From NCBI GenBank assembly GCA_030390025.1, contig JASTWF010000035.1, positions 1,302,001-1,366,000 of the forward strand: a DNA stretch of 64,000 bases, written 5' to 3'. Below are positions 11,180 through 23,009 of the stretch, one piece after another. Made by a program: the position numbers and the translations under genes. Origin of the DNA: Squalus acanthias. Taxonomy: Eukaryota. Each line of letters starts with the position of its first letter. Position 1 is the stretch's first letter. The notes beneath the pieces were generated by a model. It did no database searches and was not told where the DNA came from. It was given only the letters and a program-made list of their open reading frames with translations.

Positions 11180-12150
11180 TCAGGCCTTACAGAGGGTGCA
11201 GAGGATCTTTACTAGAATGGTGCCGGGGATGAAAGACTTCAGTTACATGGAGAGACTAGAGAAACAGGGGTTGTTTTCTTTAAAGCAGAGAAGGTTAAGG
11301 AGAGATTTGAAGGGTTTTGATAGCTTAAATAAGGAGAAACTGTTTCCAGTGGCAGAAGGATTGCTAACCAGAGGGCACGGAGTTAAAGTAATTGGCAAAA
11401 GAACCAGAAGTGACCTGAGGAAAAAAAAATTATGCAGCGAGTTGTTATGATCTGGAATGCGCTGCCTGAGAGGGTGGTGGAAGCAGATTCAATACAACAA
11501 CAACAACTTGCATTTATATAGCGCCTTTAACATTTTAAATCCTCGCATGCGCTTCACAGGAGTGTTATCAAACAAAATTTTACACCGAGCTACATAAGGA
11601 GATATTACAACGGATGAAAGGAGGAAAGGCGGAGAGGTTTAGGGAGGGAATTCCAGAGCTATGGGCCTCCTATTTCTCACCTACATGCTGCCCCTCGGCA
11701 ACATCATCTGAAAACACAGCGTCAGTTTCCACATGTACGCTGATGATACCCAACTCTACCTCACCACCACTTCTCTCAACCCCTCCACAGTCTCTAAATT
11801 GTCAGATTGCTTGTCTGACATCCAGTACTGGATGAGCAGAAATTTCCTCCAACTAAATATTAGGGAGACCGAAGCCAATCGGGGATGCGCAAGATGCCAG
11901 AACTGGAGGAGCGCAGAAATCTCGAAGGCTTGTAGGGCTGGAGGAGGTTGCCGAGATAGGGAGGGGCGAGGTCATGGAGGGATTTCAAGACAAAGATCAG
12001 AATTTTAAAATTGCAGGACCAGGCCCAGTGGAGCTTAGCGAGCGCAGGGGTGATGGGTGAACAGGACTTGGTGTGAGTAGCACAGCAGAAAAGGATTACA
12101 TAGGATATACGGCACAGAAACAGGCCATTCGGCCCAACCAGTCCATGCAA
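11180..12150. mobile_element. Mixed degraded LINE fragments (CR1 3' part; L2-like RT piece YADDTQLY with inverted segments)
   Basis: ORF remnants LQRVQRIFTRMVPG and YADDTQLYL..LQLN; - strand SPITPALAKLHW. Confidence 0.65.
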
Positions 12151-13421
12151 GCTTTCTTGGATCCAAATTGTTCAAACCTATCATAATTTTAAACACTTTC
12201 TATCATTTCCCCTCTCATAAGAACATAAGAAATAAGAGCAGGAGTAGGCCATACGGCCCCTCGAGCCTGCTCCGCCATTCAATAAGGTCATGGCTGATCA
12301 TCGACCTCAACTCCATTTTCCCGCCCGATCTCCATATCCCTTGATTCCCCAAGAGTCCAAAAATCTATCTATCTCAGCCTTGAATATACTCAAAGACTTA
12401 GCATTCACAACCCTCTGAGTGAAGAAATTCCTCCTCATCTCAGTCTTAAATGGCCTACCCCTTATCGTGAGACTATGCCCCCTTGTTCTAGACACTCCAG
12501 TCAGGGGAAACAACCTCTCAGCATCTACCCTGTCAATCCCCTTCAGAATCTTGTATGTTTCAATGAGATCACCTCTCATTCTTCTAAACTCCAGAGAGTA
12601 TAGGCCCATTCTACACAACCTCTCATCATAGGACAGCCCTCTCATCCCAGGAATCAATCTAGTGAACCTTCGTTGCACCGCCTCCAAGGCAAGTATATCC
12701 TTCCTTAGATAAGGAGACCAAAACTGTGCACAGTACTCCAGGTGTGGTCTCACCAAGGCCCTGTACAATTGTAGCAAGACTTCCTTACTCTTATACTCCA
12801 ACCCCCTTGCAATAAAGACGAACATGCCATTTGCCTTCCTTATTGCTTGCTGTACCTGCATGCTAGCTTTCTGTGTTTCTTGCACGAGGACACCCAAATC
12901 TCTCTGAACACCAACATTTGAAAGTTTCTCACCATTTAAAAAATATTCTGTTTTTCTATTCTTCCTACCGAAGTGAATAACCTCACATTTCCCTACATTA
13001 TACTCCATCTGCCACCTTACTGCCCACACACTTAGTCTATCTATATCCCTTTGTAGACTCTTTGGGGGAAAAATTAGGTCGCGCCCCGTTTGGTGCGCAA
13101 ATATCGTCTGGACGCAAAAATTAGCGCCTGGCGCTAATTATCGCCACTGACTGGAAACTTCACTTTTACCGCCCCGGGAGGTGAGTGGAGCGCTAAATCA
13201 GGCGCTGCACACCTGTCTTAAGGCGCAAAGGCCGAGCAGTGAGGTGCTAACTCAGCGCGCGAGCGCAGCGCAGGTGCTGCCAGTTAGCGAGGGAACACAG
13301 ACACACTGGCGCCGGCCAGTTCTTAAAGGAGTGGGGCCAACTTGCTCCCTAGCCACACCCTGCTTATTGCAGCCTTGAATCTCGGCCTGCAGAGACCTGT
13401 GAATCCATTTTGCTGCCAAGG

Positions 13422-15241
13422 ATGGAGAGGGTGAGAGAACGAGCTCAGCGCTTCACCGAGCGGGCCTTGGATGCTCTGGTTGGCGCGGTGGAGCGCAGAA
13501 GATGTATACTCTTCCCTGAGAGTGGCAGGAGGCTTTTGCCACGCGAGTACAGAAGAGTGTGGAGGGAGGTGGCTCAGAGCGTCTCCTCCAGGAGCATGGT
13601 GCCCAGGACCCATGTTCAATGCCGCAAAAAGTTCAACGACCTCACTCGGGTCGTCAGGGTGAGTGGCTTTTTCTCAATACCGCTCCATCCCTCCATCTCA
13701 ACCTCACTCTATGGCCAGAGGGTCTTAAAACCCCAATGCACAACACTCATCCAACACCTATGGCCCTTTCATGAAACACACACACACATTCCACACTTTG
13801 CATACAGTAAGGGCTATTCACCTATGGGAGGCACATCAGGCAAGACCATGGCTGCATACAGTAAGGGCTATTCACCTATGGGAGGCACATCAGGCAAGAC
13901 CATGGCTGTATATTTACTCAGATGCTGTCCTTTTTCTTGCAGGCCAAGCTGGCGCATAATAGGAGACAGCAGCAACGGACAGGTGGAGGGCGGCCTCAGC
14001 TGCAACCCCTCAGCGATCTTGAGGAGCGCGTCCACAGGATTGTGGCAAGCCGGGTGATCGGTCCCGTCGCCACTGGAGACGCCGACCCTGTTCTGGACAG
14101 CAATGGTAAGGTCATCACCTTTTTGTCCTCTGTCCTTCCACTTGTCCCTCACAACACCAGCCTTTGACACTTTCAATCCAACTTGCTAACTCGCTGCACT
14201 TATTCCTCCCTTACTGCCACCCTGTCCTCACGCTAAAGCCACTCTTGTACCTCCCTGCTTTCAGATGGTGATTCACCAGCTGAGGAGACGGGCCCTGAAG
14301 CTGCCAGTGGGAGTGAAGCTGCAGCCGAGGAGGAAGAGGAAGCCGGAGCATCAGTGCCACCCTCTCCCGAGGAAGCCCATGCCCACACTGGGAACACGCC
14401 TTCCCTGGAGGGGAGCAGGGGGGAAGGGTCTGATGAGGGTGAAGCTCCAGGACCCAGCGGGCTGCAGCAACGCCATGGGGGTAGGGAAGAACGGGGGCCT
14501 TCTCCCCAGAGGGAGAGTATGCCAGCGACTCCTACTGCAATGGACGCAGAGGAGGAGCGGCTGATCGCAGAAATGAACACCCAGGCGGTGGGCATGCACA
14601 CTGAGCTCATGGGTGCAGTGGGAACGGTGCCCGAATGCATTGAGTCACTGGCAAGGAGTGTGGAGCACTTCGCTGTAGCACAGGCGGATGCCACACTAAA
14701 GCTTAGTGCTGCAATTCAGTCACTGACTGACGTGATTCCATCTCTGACTGCTCTCATGCAGACTCAGATTGAGGCCACGCGAGCACTGACTGCTGCCAAC
14801 CTCGATGGTTCGTTCACATGTCCCCGGGGCTCTCACCGCGCCGCAGCAGGCCAGCAATCTGTGCTCCAGCAGATTGCTCCGAATGCTGAAGTGCTGCCCC
14901 GTGGGAGTGCCAGTGTGTCGGTCGAGCAGGGAGTTGCTGTCCTCTCTCACGATGACAGCATTCCTGCTGCCAACACTGTCACTTCTCCACTGCACTTGCC
15001 ACCGCCTGTAGGACAGACTGCTGCCGCCCATGCAGAGTTGGTGCAGTCTGCAGCCGGGCCCTCCAGGCCCAGAACTGGTCGAGGCCGTCCTTCAGGGGCA
15101 TCTGCAGTGTCAGAGTCTGACAATCAGCAGCCTTCCACCAGCCTTGCTGCAGCCACTGAGGTCCCATTACGGAGGAGCAGTAGGGTTAGAAGGGGGGAAG
15201 TGCGCAAGGGAAGGAGATCACCCTCGAAGGGCAAAAAGTAG
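13422..15241 (+). CDS. Harbinger Myb/SANT-like DNA-binding protein, 3 exons (13422-13658, 13943-14105, 14265-15241), 458 aa predicted
   Basis: RAQRFTERALDAL..VWREVA..RTHVQCRKKFNDL Myb/SANT-like domain. GT-AG sites (GTGAGT/TTGCAG, GTAAGG/TTTCAG) join in frame with phases 0 and 1. Basic C-terminus. Confidence 0.85.
13800..13907. repeat. 54-bp tandem duplication in intron 1 of the Harbinger Myb gene
   Basis: GCATACAGTAAGGGCTATTCACCTATGGGAGGCACATCAGGCAAGACCATGGCT present twice. Confidence 0.85.
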
Positions 15242-15553
15242 GAGGTGTGACAAAATGCTGGTCATTTTTTTATTAAAGGTCGAGGTTCGTGGTCCAACTT
15301 TTGTCTAGTGTTTTGGACATTATCTCCAGGTTGTGAGAACCAGTTATGTTAATGACTGTTTTTTTGTGTTTATTTCTATGAGTTTGTCATGAGGAAATGA
15401 CACACACAGAGTTTGTAAAATAAATAAGTTTTTGTATTCAAAATATACATGTTTGGTGTTTGGAATCATTGGTGCCTTGGCCGGCTTAGGGGTTGCGTGC
15501 TGGGTTCATTGATGTTGTTAGCAATGGCAGAAGCCATTTCCACAGCAGGGGCC

Positions 15554-16705
15554 CTAGAAGCGGCTTGCTATCAGCCATTGACGGACGGCCCTTGCAGTTT
15601 CACCATTGTGGGCCGCCCTCCCGCCTTGGTGCTGCTGATGATCATCCTCCTCGTCCTCTTCCTCCTCCTCCTCTGGTGGTGCTCCAAGGCCTGGTGGCAT
15701 TGGCTGTGTCCTGACGATTGCCATGTTATGCAACATGCAGCACACAACTACGAAGTTGGATACTCGCTCAGGCGAGTACTGCAGGGCTCCTCCAGAATGG
15801 TCGAGACAGCGGAACCGTTGCTTCAGCATGCCGATTGTGCGCTCAATGATGTTCCTGGTAGCTTGATGGCTCTCGTTGTACCGCAGCTCAGCAGGGGTGT
15901 TGGGCGTACGGAGCGGTGTCCTCAGCCAGGTGCTCAATGGATACCCCTTGTCCCCGAGAAGCCAACCAACTGGCTGATGCGGTGCCTCAAAAAGTTCTGC
16001 CACAGTAGTCTGGCGCAGGATGAAAGCATCGTGGCAGCTGCCAGGATAGTGGGCATTGACAGCGAGTATCAGCTGTCTGTGGTCACAGACCAACTGAACA
16101 TTCAAGGAATGGAACCCCTTTCTGTTCCGGAAATCCTCGGCATTCTCATGTGGAGCACGCAAAGCCACATGCGTGCAGTCAATGGCGCCCTGCACCATGG
16201 GGAAGCCCGCTATCCTCGCAAAGCCCAGAGCGCGGTCACGCTGCTTGTCTGGGGTCATGGGGAAAGAGATGAACTCTCCTCTCCTTTTAAAGAGGGCATT
16301 TGTGACCTGCCGGATGCAGCAATGCATCGCGAACTGGGAGATATTGGCGAGGTCCCCAGCAGCAGCTTGAAATGAGCCAGTAGCATAGAAGTTGAGAGCC
16401 ACTGTGACCTTCACTGCCACCGACAGAGACGTCCTGGACCTCAGTTGAGGCTGCAGATCTGGCTGCAGCAGGTGGCAGAGCTCAGTGACCACCTCCTTGC
16501 TGAATCGCAGCCTTCGCAAACACAGCTCCTCAGACATATGAATGTAGGAGAGCTGTTCACGATATACCCTGGGAGGGTAAGCTCTCCTGTACAGACGCCT
16601 GTTGGCCCTCCTCCGTCTGGCCTTCATTGCCACTCTCTCTCTGCGTCTCTGTGTCCTCCGATTCAGCTGGAGCAGGACGACGCCCCCATTCAGTGCAGCC
16701 CCCAT
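15554..16705 (-). CDS. Harbinger (HARBI1-like) DDE transposase, 383 aa from the ATG at 16705
   Basis: GAIDCTH, NRKGFHSLNVQLVCD, PGSCHDA, LGDKGY, IERTIGMLKQRF, CCMLHN; uninterrupted ORF. Confidence 0.95.
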   Translation of the reverse strand: MGAALNGGVVLLQLNRRTQRRRERVAMKARRRRANRRLYRRAYPPRVYREQLSYIHMSEELCLRRLRFSKEVVTELCHLLQPDLQPQLRSRTSLSVAVKVTVALNFYATGSFQAAAGDLANISQFAMHCCIRQVTNALFKRRGEFISFPMTPDKQRDRALGFARIAGFPMVQGAIDCTHVALRAPHENAEDFRNRKGFHSLNVQLVCDHRQLILAVNAHYPGSCHDAFILRQTTVAELFEAPHQPVGWLLGDKGYPLSTWLRTPLRTPNTPAELRYNESHQATRNIIERTIGMLKQRFRCLDHSGGALQYSPERVSNFVVVCCMLHNMAIVRTQPMPPGLGAPPEEEEEEDEEDDHQQHQGGRAAHNGETARAVRQWLIASRF

Positions 16706-19314
16706 AGTCTCTTTGCAAGCAAAGTTATGAAGGACAGCAACCAAAGTACCAGCGAAGTTAGGATCAGTAGGCAAAACTACCTCACAAAGCGTTGACTCAA
16801 TGCAGAAGTCTCTCTTTCTCTCTCTCCGAATCTCTCTCTCTCTCTCAGAACGAGTGGTGCAAAAATGTCAACCACAGAAAAAGACAGGAAGAGCCCCCTT
16901 TAAATAGCGCCCCCCCCCAGCCCCACAGCGATTGATAGCGTTCCAGTCTTCCGGTCGTTGGATGCGCCAGGCGGTAAGGCAGGGGGCGCCACTCAATTTC
17001 CGCTCCGGGGCGCCACAAGGGCGTTGCACCATGGAATGACGTCACAATCTGCGCGTGCAGGTGGTCGTGGCCGTAAAGTTTAGCGCCGCCGCACAATGTC
17101 TAGTTAAGTTCCCAAGCGGCGCAAACATCGCTGCGCCCGGGCGCTAGCGGCTTTGCGCCCCATTAGCGCCCTCTTAAGGCGCTAACGGGAGTTGCAACCA
17201 ACTGAATTTTTCCCCTTTTGTGTTCTCCTCACAGCTTACTGTCCCACCTAGCTTTGTATCATCATTAAACTTGGATAAATTACACTTGGTCCCTTCATCT
17301 CGGTCATTAATATAGATTGTAAATAGCTGAGGCCCCAACACTGATCCTTGCGGCAAACCACTAGTTACAGCCTGCCAACCTGAAAAAGATCCGTTTATCC
17401 CTACTCTGTTTTCTGTCCATTAACCAATCCTCTATCCATGCTACTATTCTACCCCCAACCTCATGAGCCCTAATCTTGTGGCACCTTATCGAATGCCTTT
17501 TGGAAATCCAAATATACTACATCCACTGGTTCCCCTTTATCTACCCTGCTAGTTACATCCTCAAAAAACTCTAATAAATTTGTCAAACACGATTTCCCTT
17601 TCATAAAACCATGTTGACTCTGCCTAATCATGTTATGATTTTCTAAGTGCTCTGATACCACTTCCTTAACATTGGATTCCAGCATTTTCCCGACGACTGA
17701 TGTCAGGCTAACTGGCCTGTAGTTCCCTGTTTTCTCTCTCCCTCCTTTCTTGAATAGCGGTGCTACATTTGCGACCTTCCAATCCACTGGGACCATTCTA
17801 CAATCTAGGGAATTTTGGAAGATCAAAACCAATGCATCCACTATCTCTTGAGCCAACTCTTTTATAAGGACATAAGAACATAAGAAATAGGAGCAGGAGT
17901 AGGCCATTCGGCCCTTCGAGCCTGCTCCGCCATTTAGTGAGATCATGGTTGATCTTCTGCCTCAACTCCATTCACCGGCCCTATCGCCATACCCCTTAAT
18001 GCCTTTACTAGTCAGAAATCTATCAACTTCTGTTTTGAATATACCCAATGACTGAGCCTCCACAGCGCTCTGGGGTGGAGAATTCCAAAGATTCACCACC
18101 CTCTGTGTGACGAAATTTCTTCTCATCTCAGTCCTGAATGGCCTACCCTTTCTCCTGAGGTTGTGGCCCCTGGTTCTAGACTCCCCAGCCAAGGGAAGCA
18201 TTCTCCCAGCATCCACCCTATCAAGACCTGTAATAATTTTGTATGCTTCAATGAGATCCCCTCTCATTCTTCTGAATTCAAGAGAATACAGGCCTAATTT
18301 ACTCAATCTCTTCTCATACGACAGTCCCGCCATCCCAGGAATCAATCTCGTGAACCTTCGTTGCACTCCCTCTATGGCAAGTATATCCTTCCTTAGGTAA
18401 GGAGACCAAAATTGTACACAGTACTCCATGTGTGGTCTCACCAAGGCCCTATATAATTGGAGTAAGACTTCTTTACTCCTTTACTCAAATCCTCTTGTAA
18501 TGAAGGCCAGCATACCATTTGCCTTCCTAGGATGTAGGCCGTCAGGTCCAGGGGATTTGTTGGCTTTTAGTCCCATTAATTCCTCTCGTAATTTTTCTCT
18601 ACTTATATTAATTACGTTAAGTTCCTCACCCTCATTAGACCCTTGGTTCCCCACCATTTTTGGAATGCTTTTTGTGTCTTCTACTGTGAAGACAGATACA
18701 AAATATTTGTTTAACATTTCTGCCATTTCCTTATTCCCCATAATAATTTCTCCTGTCTCAGCCTCTAAGGGACCAACGTTTACTTTTGCTACTCTCTTCC
18801 TTTTTACATACTTGTAGAAGCTCTTACAATCTGCTTTTATATTTCAAGAGTGAAAAGACTCAGATCATCAATCTTTCCTCGTACTTCATTCCTTAAATTC
18901 TGGGAGCACCCGTGTAACCCTTCTCTGTTACCTACCACTTGTCAGTCCAAGTCTGGACAATATCCAGACCCTATTGTACGCTGGCGTGGGCTGCTTCATG
19001 ATCAGAGGGGTTGTGAGTGGAGCTAAACACTGTGGAATAGACAGTGAACAGCCCCATTACTGCTCTTATATTGGAGGGAAGGTCATTGATGAAGTAGCTG
19101 AAGATGCTTGGGCTGAGGACACTTCCTTGCAGTGATGTCCTGGATCTGTGATGATTGGCCTCCAACAACCACAGGTATGACTCCAGCTACTAGACAGTTT
19201 TCCCCTTGACTCCATTTTACATTTTATGTGTTCTAAAATCCTTCACTATTTTCTTTTATGTAAATCTGTTTATTACCAGTGGAGAAATTTTAAATGCTGT
19301 GGATTTTGTTTCAG

Positions 19315-19429
19315 GCTTGTAACAATAAGGGCAACTGTCACTGTGACAACGGCTGGGCTCCTCCATTTTGCGATTCCAAGGGGGCAGGTGGCAGCATTGA
19401 CAGCAGAACAGTGATTGACACACGCACAG
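19315..19429 (+). CDS. Internal ADAM exon (EGF-like domain): [38 protein letters not shown](G)
   Basis: TTTCAG acceptor, GTAAGG donor, 115 nt, phase 0-1. The CNNxxNCHCxxGWAPPxC..GGSxDS motif is characteristic of ADAMs; in frame with exon 5211-5288. Confidence 0.93.
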
Positions 19430-19689
19430 GTAAGGTTTTAATCATTTACTGTGTCTTTCTCTGTACTACTCACCGCCATGTGAATTGGAGGGGCATAGAT
19501 ATCTCGGAAGGTTACAGAACAGCTCGAGTCATTTTTCACATCACTGTTCAGGTTACATGGGCACTAATCCAATTGTGGCCAGCTGTACACCTTCATTCTT
19601 TCAGGATGGAAATGCCTCCCTGAGCTGTGTGGGAATATTGATAAGGCTGATAGAAATGCTTGAGGTGCTCCATTTATTATCCTGACCCA

Positions 19690-20470
19690 GTACAAATGAG
19701 ACATCGACACCTCCCAAAACCGGGACCTCCACCATCTAGAAGGACATGGGAGAAAGTGCTTGGAAGCACCATCACTTCCAACTTTCACTCCAAATCACAC
19801 AACATCCCGACTTAGACATCAATTGCCGTTCCTTCATTGTCGCTGGGTCAAAATCCCGGAATTTCCTCCCAAACAGCACTGTGAGAGTACCCTCACTACA
19901 TGGACTGTAGTGGTTAACGTCTAACCCGTTAACGGTTAACTCGGTGCATATGCTCATCACAAAATTATGTCAAGAAGATTAAAAAACTGCTCCAGGTAAA
20001 CGGATAAGACAGAGCTTGGAACTAAGCGCGGCTGTATTTATCACAACGTATAGCAGAGGCAGGTTGCATAAACGTGGCTTGTATCTCTTAATTTTAGAAG
20101 ATTGAGGGGTGATCTGATTGAGATGTTCAAGTTGATTAAAGGATATGATAGGGTAGATAGAGAGAAATCTAGTGGGGCAGTCCAGAACAAGGGGGCATAA
20201 CCTTTAAATTAGAGCCAGGCCGTTCAGGGGTGATGTCAGGCAGCACGTCTTCACACAAAGGGTAGTGGCAATCTGGAACTCTCTCACCCAATAAACTGTT
20301 GAGGCTGGGGGTCAATTGAAAATTTCAAAACTGTGATTGATAGACTTTTGCTAGGGTATTAAGGGATATGTAACCAAGGCGGGTAAATGGAGTTGAGATA
20401 CAGATCAGCCATGATCTAATTGAATGGCGGAACAGGCTCGAGGCGTTGAATAGCCTCCTCCTGTTTCTAT
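19690..20470 (+). mobile_element. Degraded 3' fragments of two LINE families (19690-19915 and CR1 20085-20470)
   Basis: Similar to the 3' ends of other copies in this window (55490-55770; CR1 3' ends). Confidence 0.65.
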
Positions 20471-20789
20471 GTCCACACTGGCACAGCATTGTTTGCTCCG
20501 CTCACTTCATGCCACTTGGCCAGGGTTTCCATAGAGTCAATGACTACATTTCATCATTCAAGCGAATCTTCAGTGTGTCCTTGTAGCACCTTTGGTACTC
20601 GTTAAACCAAACTTTCTTTACCCAGGCAGTGTGTAGTACAAATGTGTTTAATGCATTTCCCGTATGTTGTGTGTGCCTTCCATTTCATAACTTTATGCTA
20701 CTTCTAAGTGTTTCCCCAATGGTAGGAGGAAATGAGGTGCATGGCTGCTGCGTGTTTCTACCTCCAGGGCTGGAGATATTCCTTTTTTT

Positions 20790-21178
20790 TATTATTCATT
20801 CACGGGATGTGAGTGTCGCCGGCAAGGCCGGCATTTATTTCCCATCCCTAATTGCCCTCCAGAGGGTGGTGGTGAGCCACCATTTCAGAGGGCAGTTAAC
20901 AGTCAACCACATTGCTGTGGGTCACATATAGGCCAGACCAGGTAAGGATGGCGATTTCCTTCACTGAAGGATATTAGTGAACCAGATGGGTTTTTATGAC
21001 AATCTGGTAGTTTCATGGTCACCATTACTGATGCTAGCTTTTTATTCCAGATTTATTTAATTAACTAAATTTAAAATCCCCAGCTGCCGTGGTGGGATTT
21101 GAACTCGCGTCTCCTGATATTAGTCCAGGCCGACGAGATTACTAGTTCAGTAACATTATCATTATGCTGCCTTACCCT
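20790..21178 (-). mobile_element. tRNA-derived SINE with a LINE-derived 3' tail
   Basis: - strand B-box-like GAGTTCAAATCCC at about 21094-21106; the tail 20795-20880 matches the 3' end of the LINE at 40480-40560. Confidence 0.7.
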
Positions 21179-21292
21179 CTTGAGCTGGGTCAAGGGATGT
21201 TAGCACAGGGATCGATCTATCTATCACTTGATTTTAAAAATTGGGGGTTCCGGTCGAGGTGTTTAAAATGATAAAAGGATTCGATAGAGCAC

Positions 21293-22990
21293 CATAGAAT
21301 CATAGAATGATGCAGCACAGAAGGAGGCCATTCAGTCCATTGTGCCTGTACTGACTCTTTGAAAGACCTATTCAATTAGTCCCACTCACCTCCCCTTTCT
21401 CCATAGGCCTGCAAATGTTTTCCCTTGAAGTATTTATCCAATTCCCTTTTGAAAGTTATTATTGAATCCACTTCCACCGCCCTTTCAGGCAGTGCATTCC
21501 AGATATATATGTCAATGATCTGGATGAGGGAACCAACTGTAATATTTCCAAGCTTGCTGACGACACGAAACTAGGTGGGATTGTGAGTTGTGAGGAGGAT
21601 GCAAAGAGGCTTCAAGGCGATTTAGACAAGTTGAGTGAGTGGGCAAATACATGGCAGATGCAGTATAACGTGGATAAATATGAAGTTATCCACTTCGGTA
21701 GGAAAAACAGAAACGCAGAGTATTATTTAAATGGTGATAGATTGGGAAATGCTGATGTACAAAGGGACCTGGGTGTCCTTGTACACCAGTCACTGAAAGC
21801 AAACATGCAGGTGCAGCAAGCAGTTAGGAAGGCAAATGGCATGTTGGCCTTCATTGCAAGAGGATTTGAGTACAGGAGCAAGGATGTCTTACTACAGTTG
21901 TACAGGGCCTTGGTGAGACCACACCTGGAGTACTGTGTGCAGTTTTGGTCTCCTTACCTAAGAAAGGATATACTTGCCATAGAGGGAGTGCAGCGAAGGT
22001 TCACCAGACTGATTCCTGGGATGGCAGGACTGTCGTATGAGGAGAGATTGAGTTGACTAGGCCTGTATTCACTAGAGTTTAGAAGAATGGGAGGGGATCT
22101 CATTGAAACGTATAAAATTCTGACAGGGCTAGACAGACTGGATGCAGGGAGGATGTTTCCCCTGGCTGGGGGCTCTAGAACGAGGGGTCACAGTCTCAGG
22201 ATACGGGGTAGGACATTTAGGACTGAGATGAGGAGAAATTTCTTCACTCAGAGGGTGGTGAACCTGTGGAATTCTCTACCACAGAAGGTTGTGGAGGCCA
22301 AGTCACTGAATATATTTAAGAAGGAGATAGATAGATTTCTAGATGCAAAAGGTGTCAAGGGGTATTGGGAGAGAGCGGGAATATGGTATTGAGATAGAGG
22401 ATCAGCCATGATCATAGTGAATGGCAGAGCAGGCTCGAAGGGCCAAATGGCCTACTCCTGCTTCTATTTTTCTATGTCTCTTCTATATCACAACACGTTG
22501 CATAAAAAAAATTCTCCTCATGTCGCCTCTAGTTCTTTTGCCAATTACTTTAAATCTGTATGTTCTGGTTACTGACCATTCTACAGTCACCACACGGACA
22601 GCAGCGGTTCAAGAAGGTGGCTCATCACCACCTTCTCAAGGGCAATGAGGGATGGGCATTAAATGCTGGCCTTGGCAGCGACGCCCACATCCCATAAACA
22701 AATTAAAAAAAAATCTAGTAAATCTACTCTGCACCTACTCTAAGGTCTTCATAGAATCATAGAATAGTTACAGCACGGAAGAAGGCCATTCGGCCCGTCG
22801 AGCCTGTGCCGGCTCTCTGCAGAGCACTTCAGCTAGTCCCACTCCCTGCCCTTTCCCCGTAGCCCAGCAAATTGTTATCCTTCAGATACTTATCCAACTT
22901 CCTTTTGAAAGCCGTGATTGAATCTGCCTCCACCACCCTTTCAGGCAGTGAATGCCAGATATTAACCACTCATTGTGTACAAAAGTTTTT
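21293..22990. mobile_element. Nested LINE cluster: + strand CR1 RT/3' end (about 21505-22478) inside a - strand CR1 3' fragment, plus further short 3' ends
   Basis: ORFs 21583-22056 and 22087-22392 are the CR1 RT C-terminus split by an in-frame stop; CATAGAAT tails at 21293 and 22750. Confidence 0.8.
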
Positions 22991-23009
22991 TCTTACGTCG
23001 CCTCCAAGC

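Larger units (their letters stand above)
5411..11180 (+). mobile_element. Degraded non-LTR retrotransposon (second LINE family, RT region), split by the Gypsy insertion at 5754-10194
   Basis: [23 protein letters not shown] and FADD pieces; the sequence CTGAAGACTTG|TGCTCCAGAA rejoins across the Gypsy element. Confidence 0.8.
13064..17216. mobile_element. Autonomous PIF/Harbinger DNA transposon, about 4.15 kb
   Basis: TIRs GGGGGAAAAATT / AATTTTTCCCCT and 3-bp TSD TTT. Removing the element restores the CR1 sequence GACTCTTTGTGTTCTCC. It encodes a convergent Myb-like gene and DDE transposase. Confidence 0.95.
12217..18845 (-). mobile_element. CR1 LINE, interrupted by the Harbinger (13064-17216) and by a second CR1 3' fragment (about 17870-18527)
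   Basis: RT C-terminus 12307-13029 continues at 17217-17865 and 18528-18845; CATAAGAA tails at 12217 and 17870. Confidence 0.85.

Noticed and set aside
15449..16375. 308-aa + strand ORF with a hydrophobic stretch
   Set aside because: Antisense shadow of the Harbinger transposase; the hydrophobic run is the complement of its acidic tract
15554..16705. Domesticated host gene HARBI1
   Set aside because: It lies within TIRs and a TSD next to a Myb partner and interrupts a CR1, so it is a transposon copy
5211..19429. Assigning a gene symbol such as ADAM15 or ADAM9
   Set aside because: Two short exons are not enough to fix orthology without a search and phylogeny
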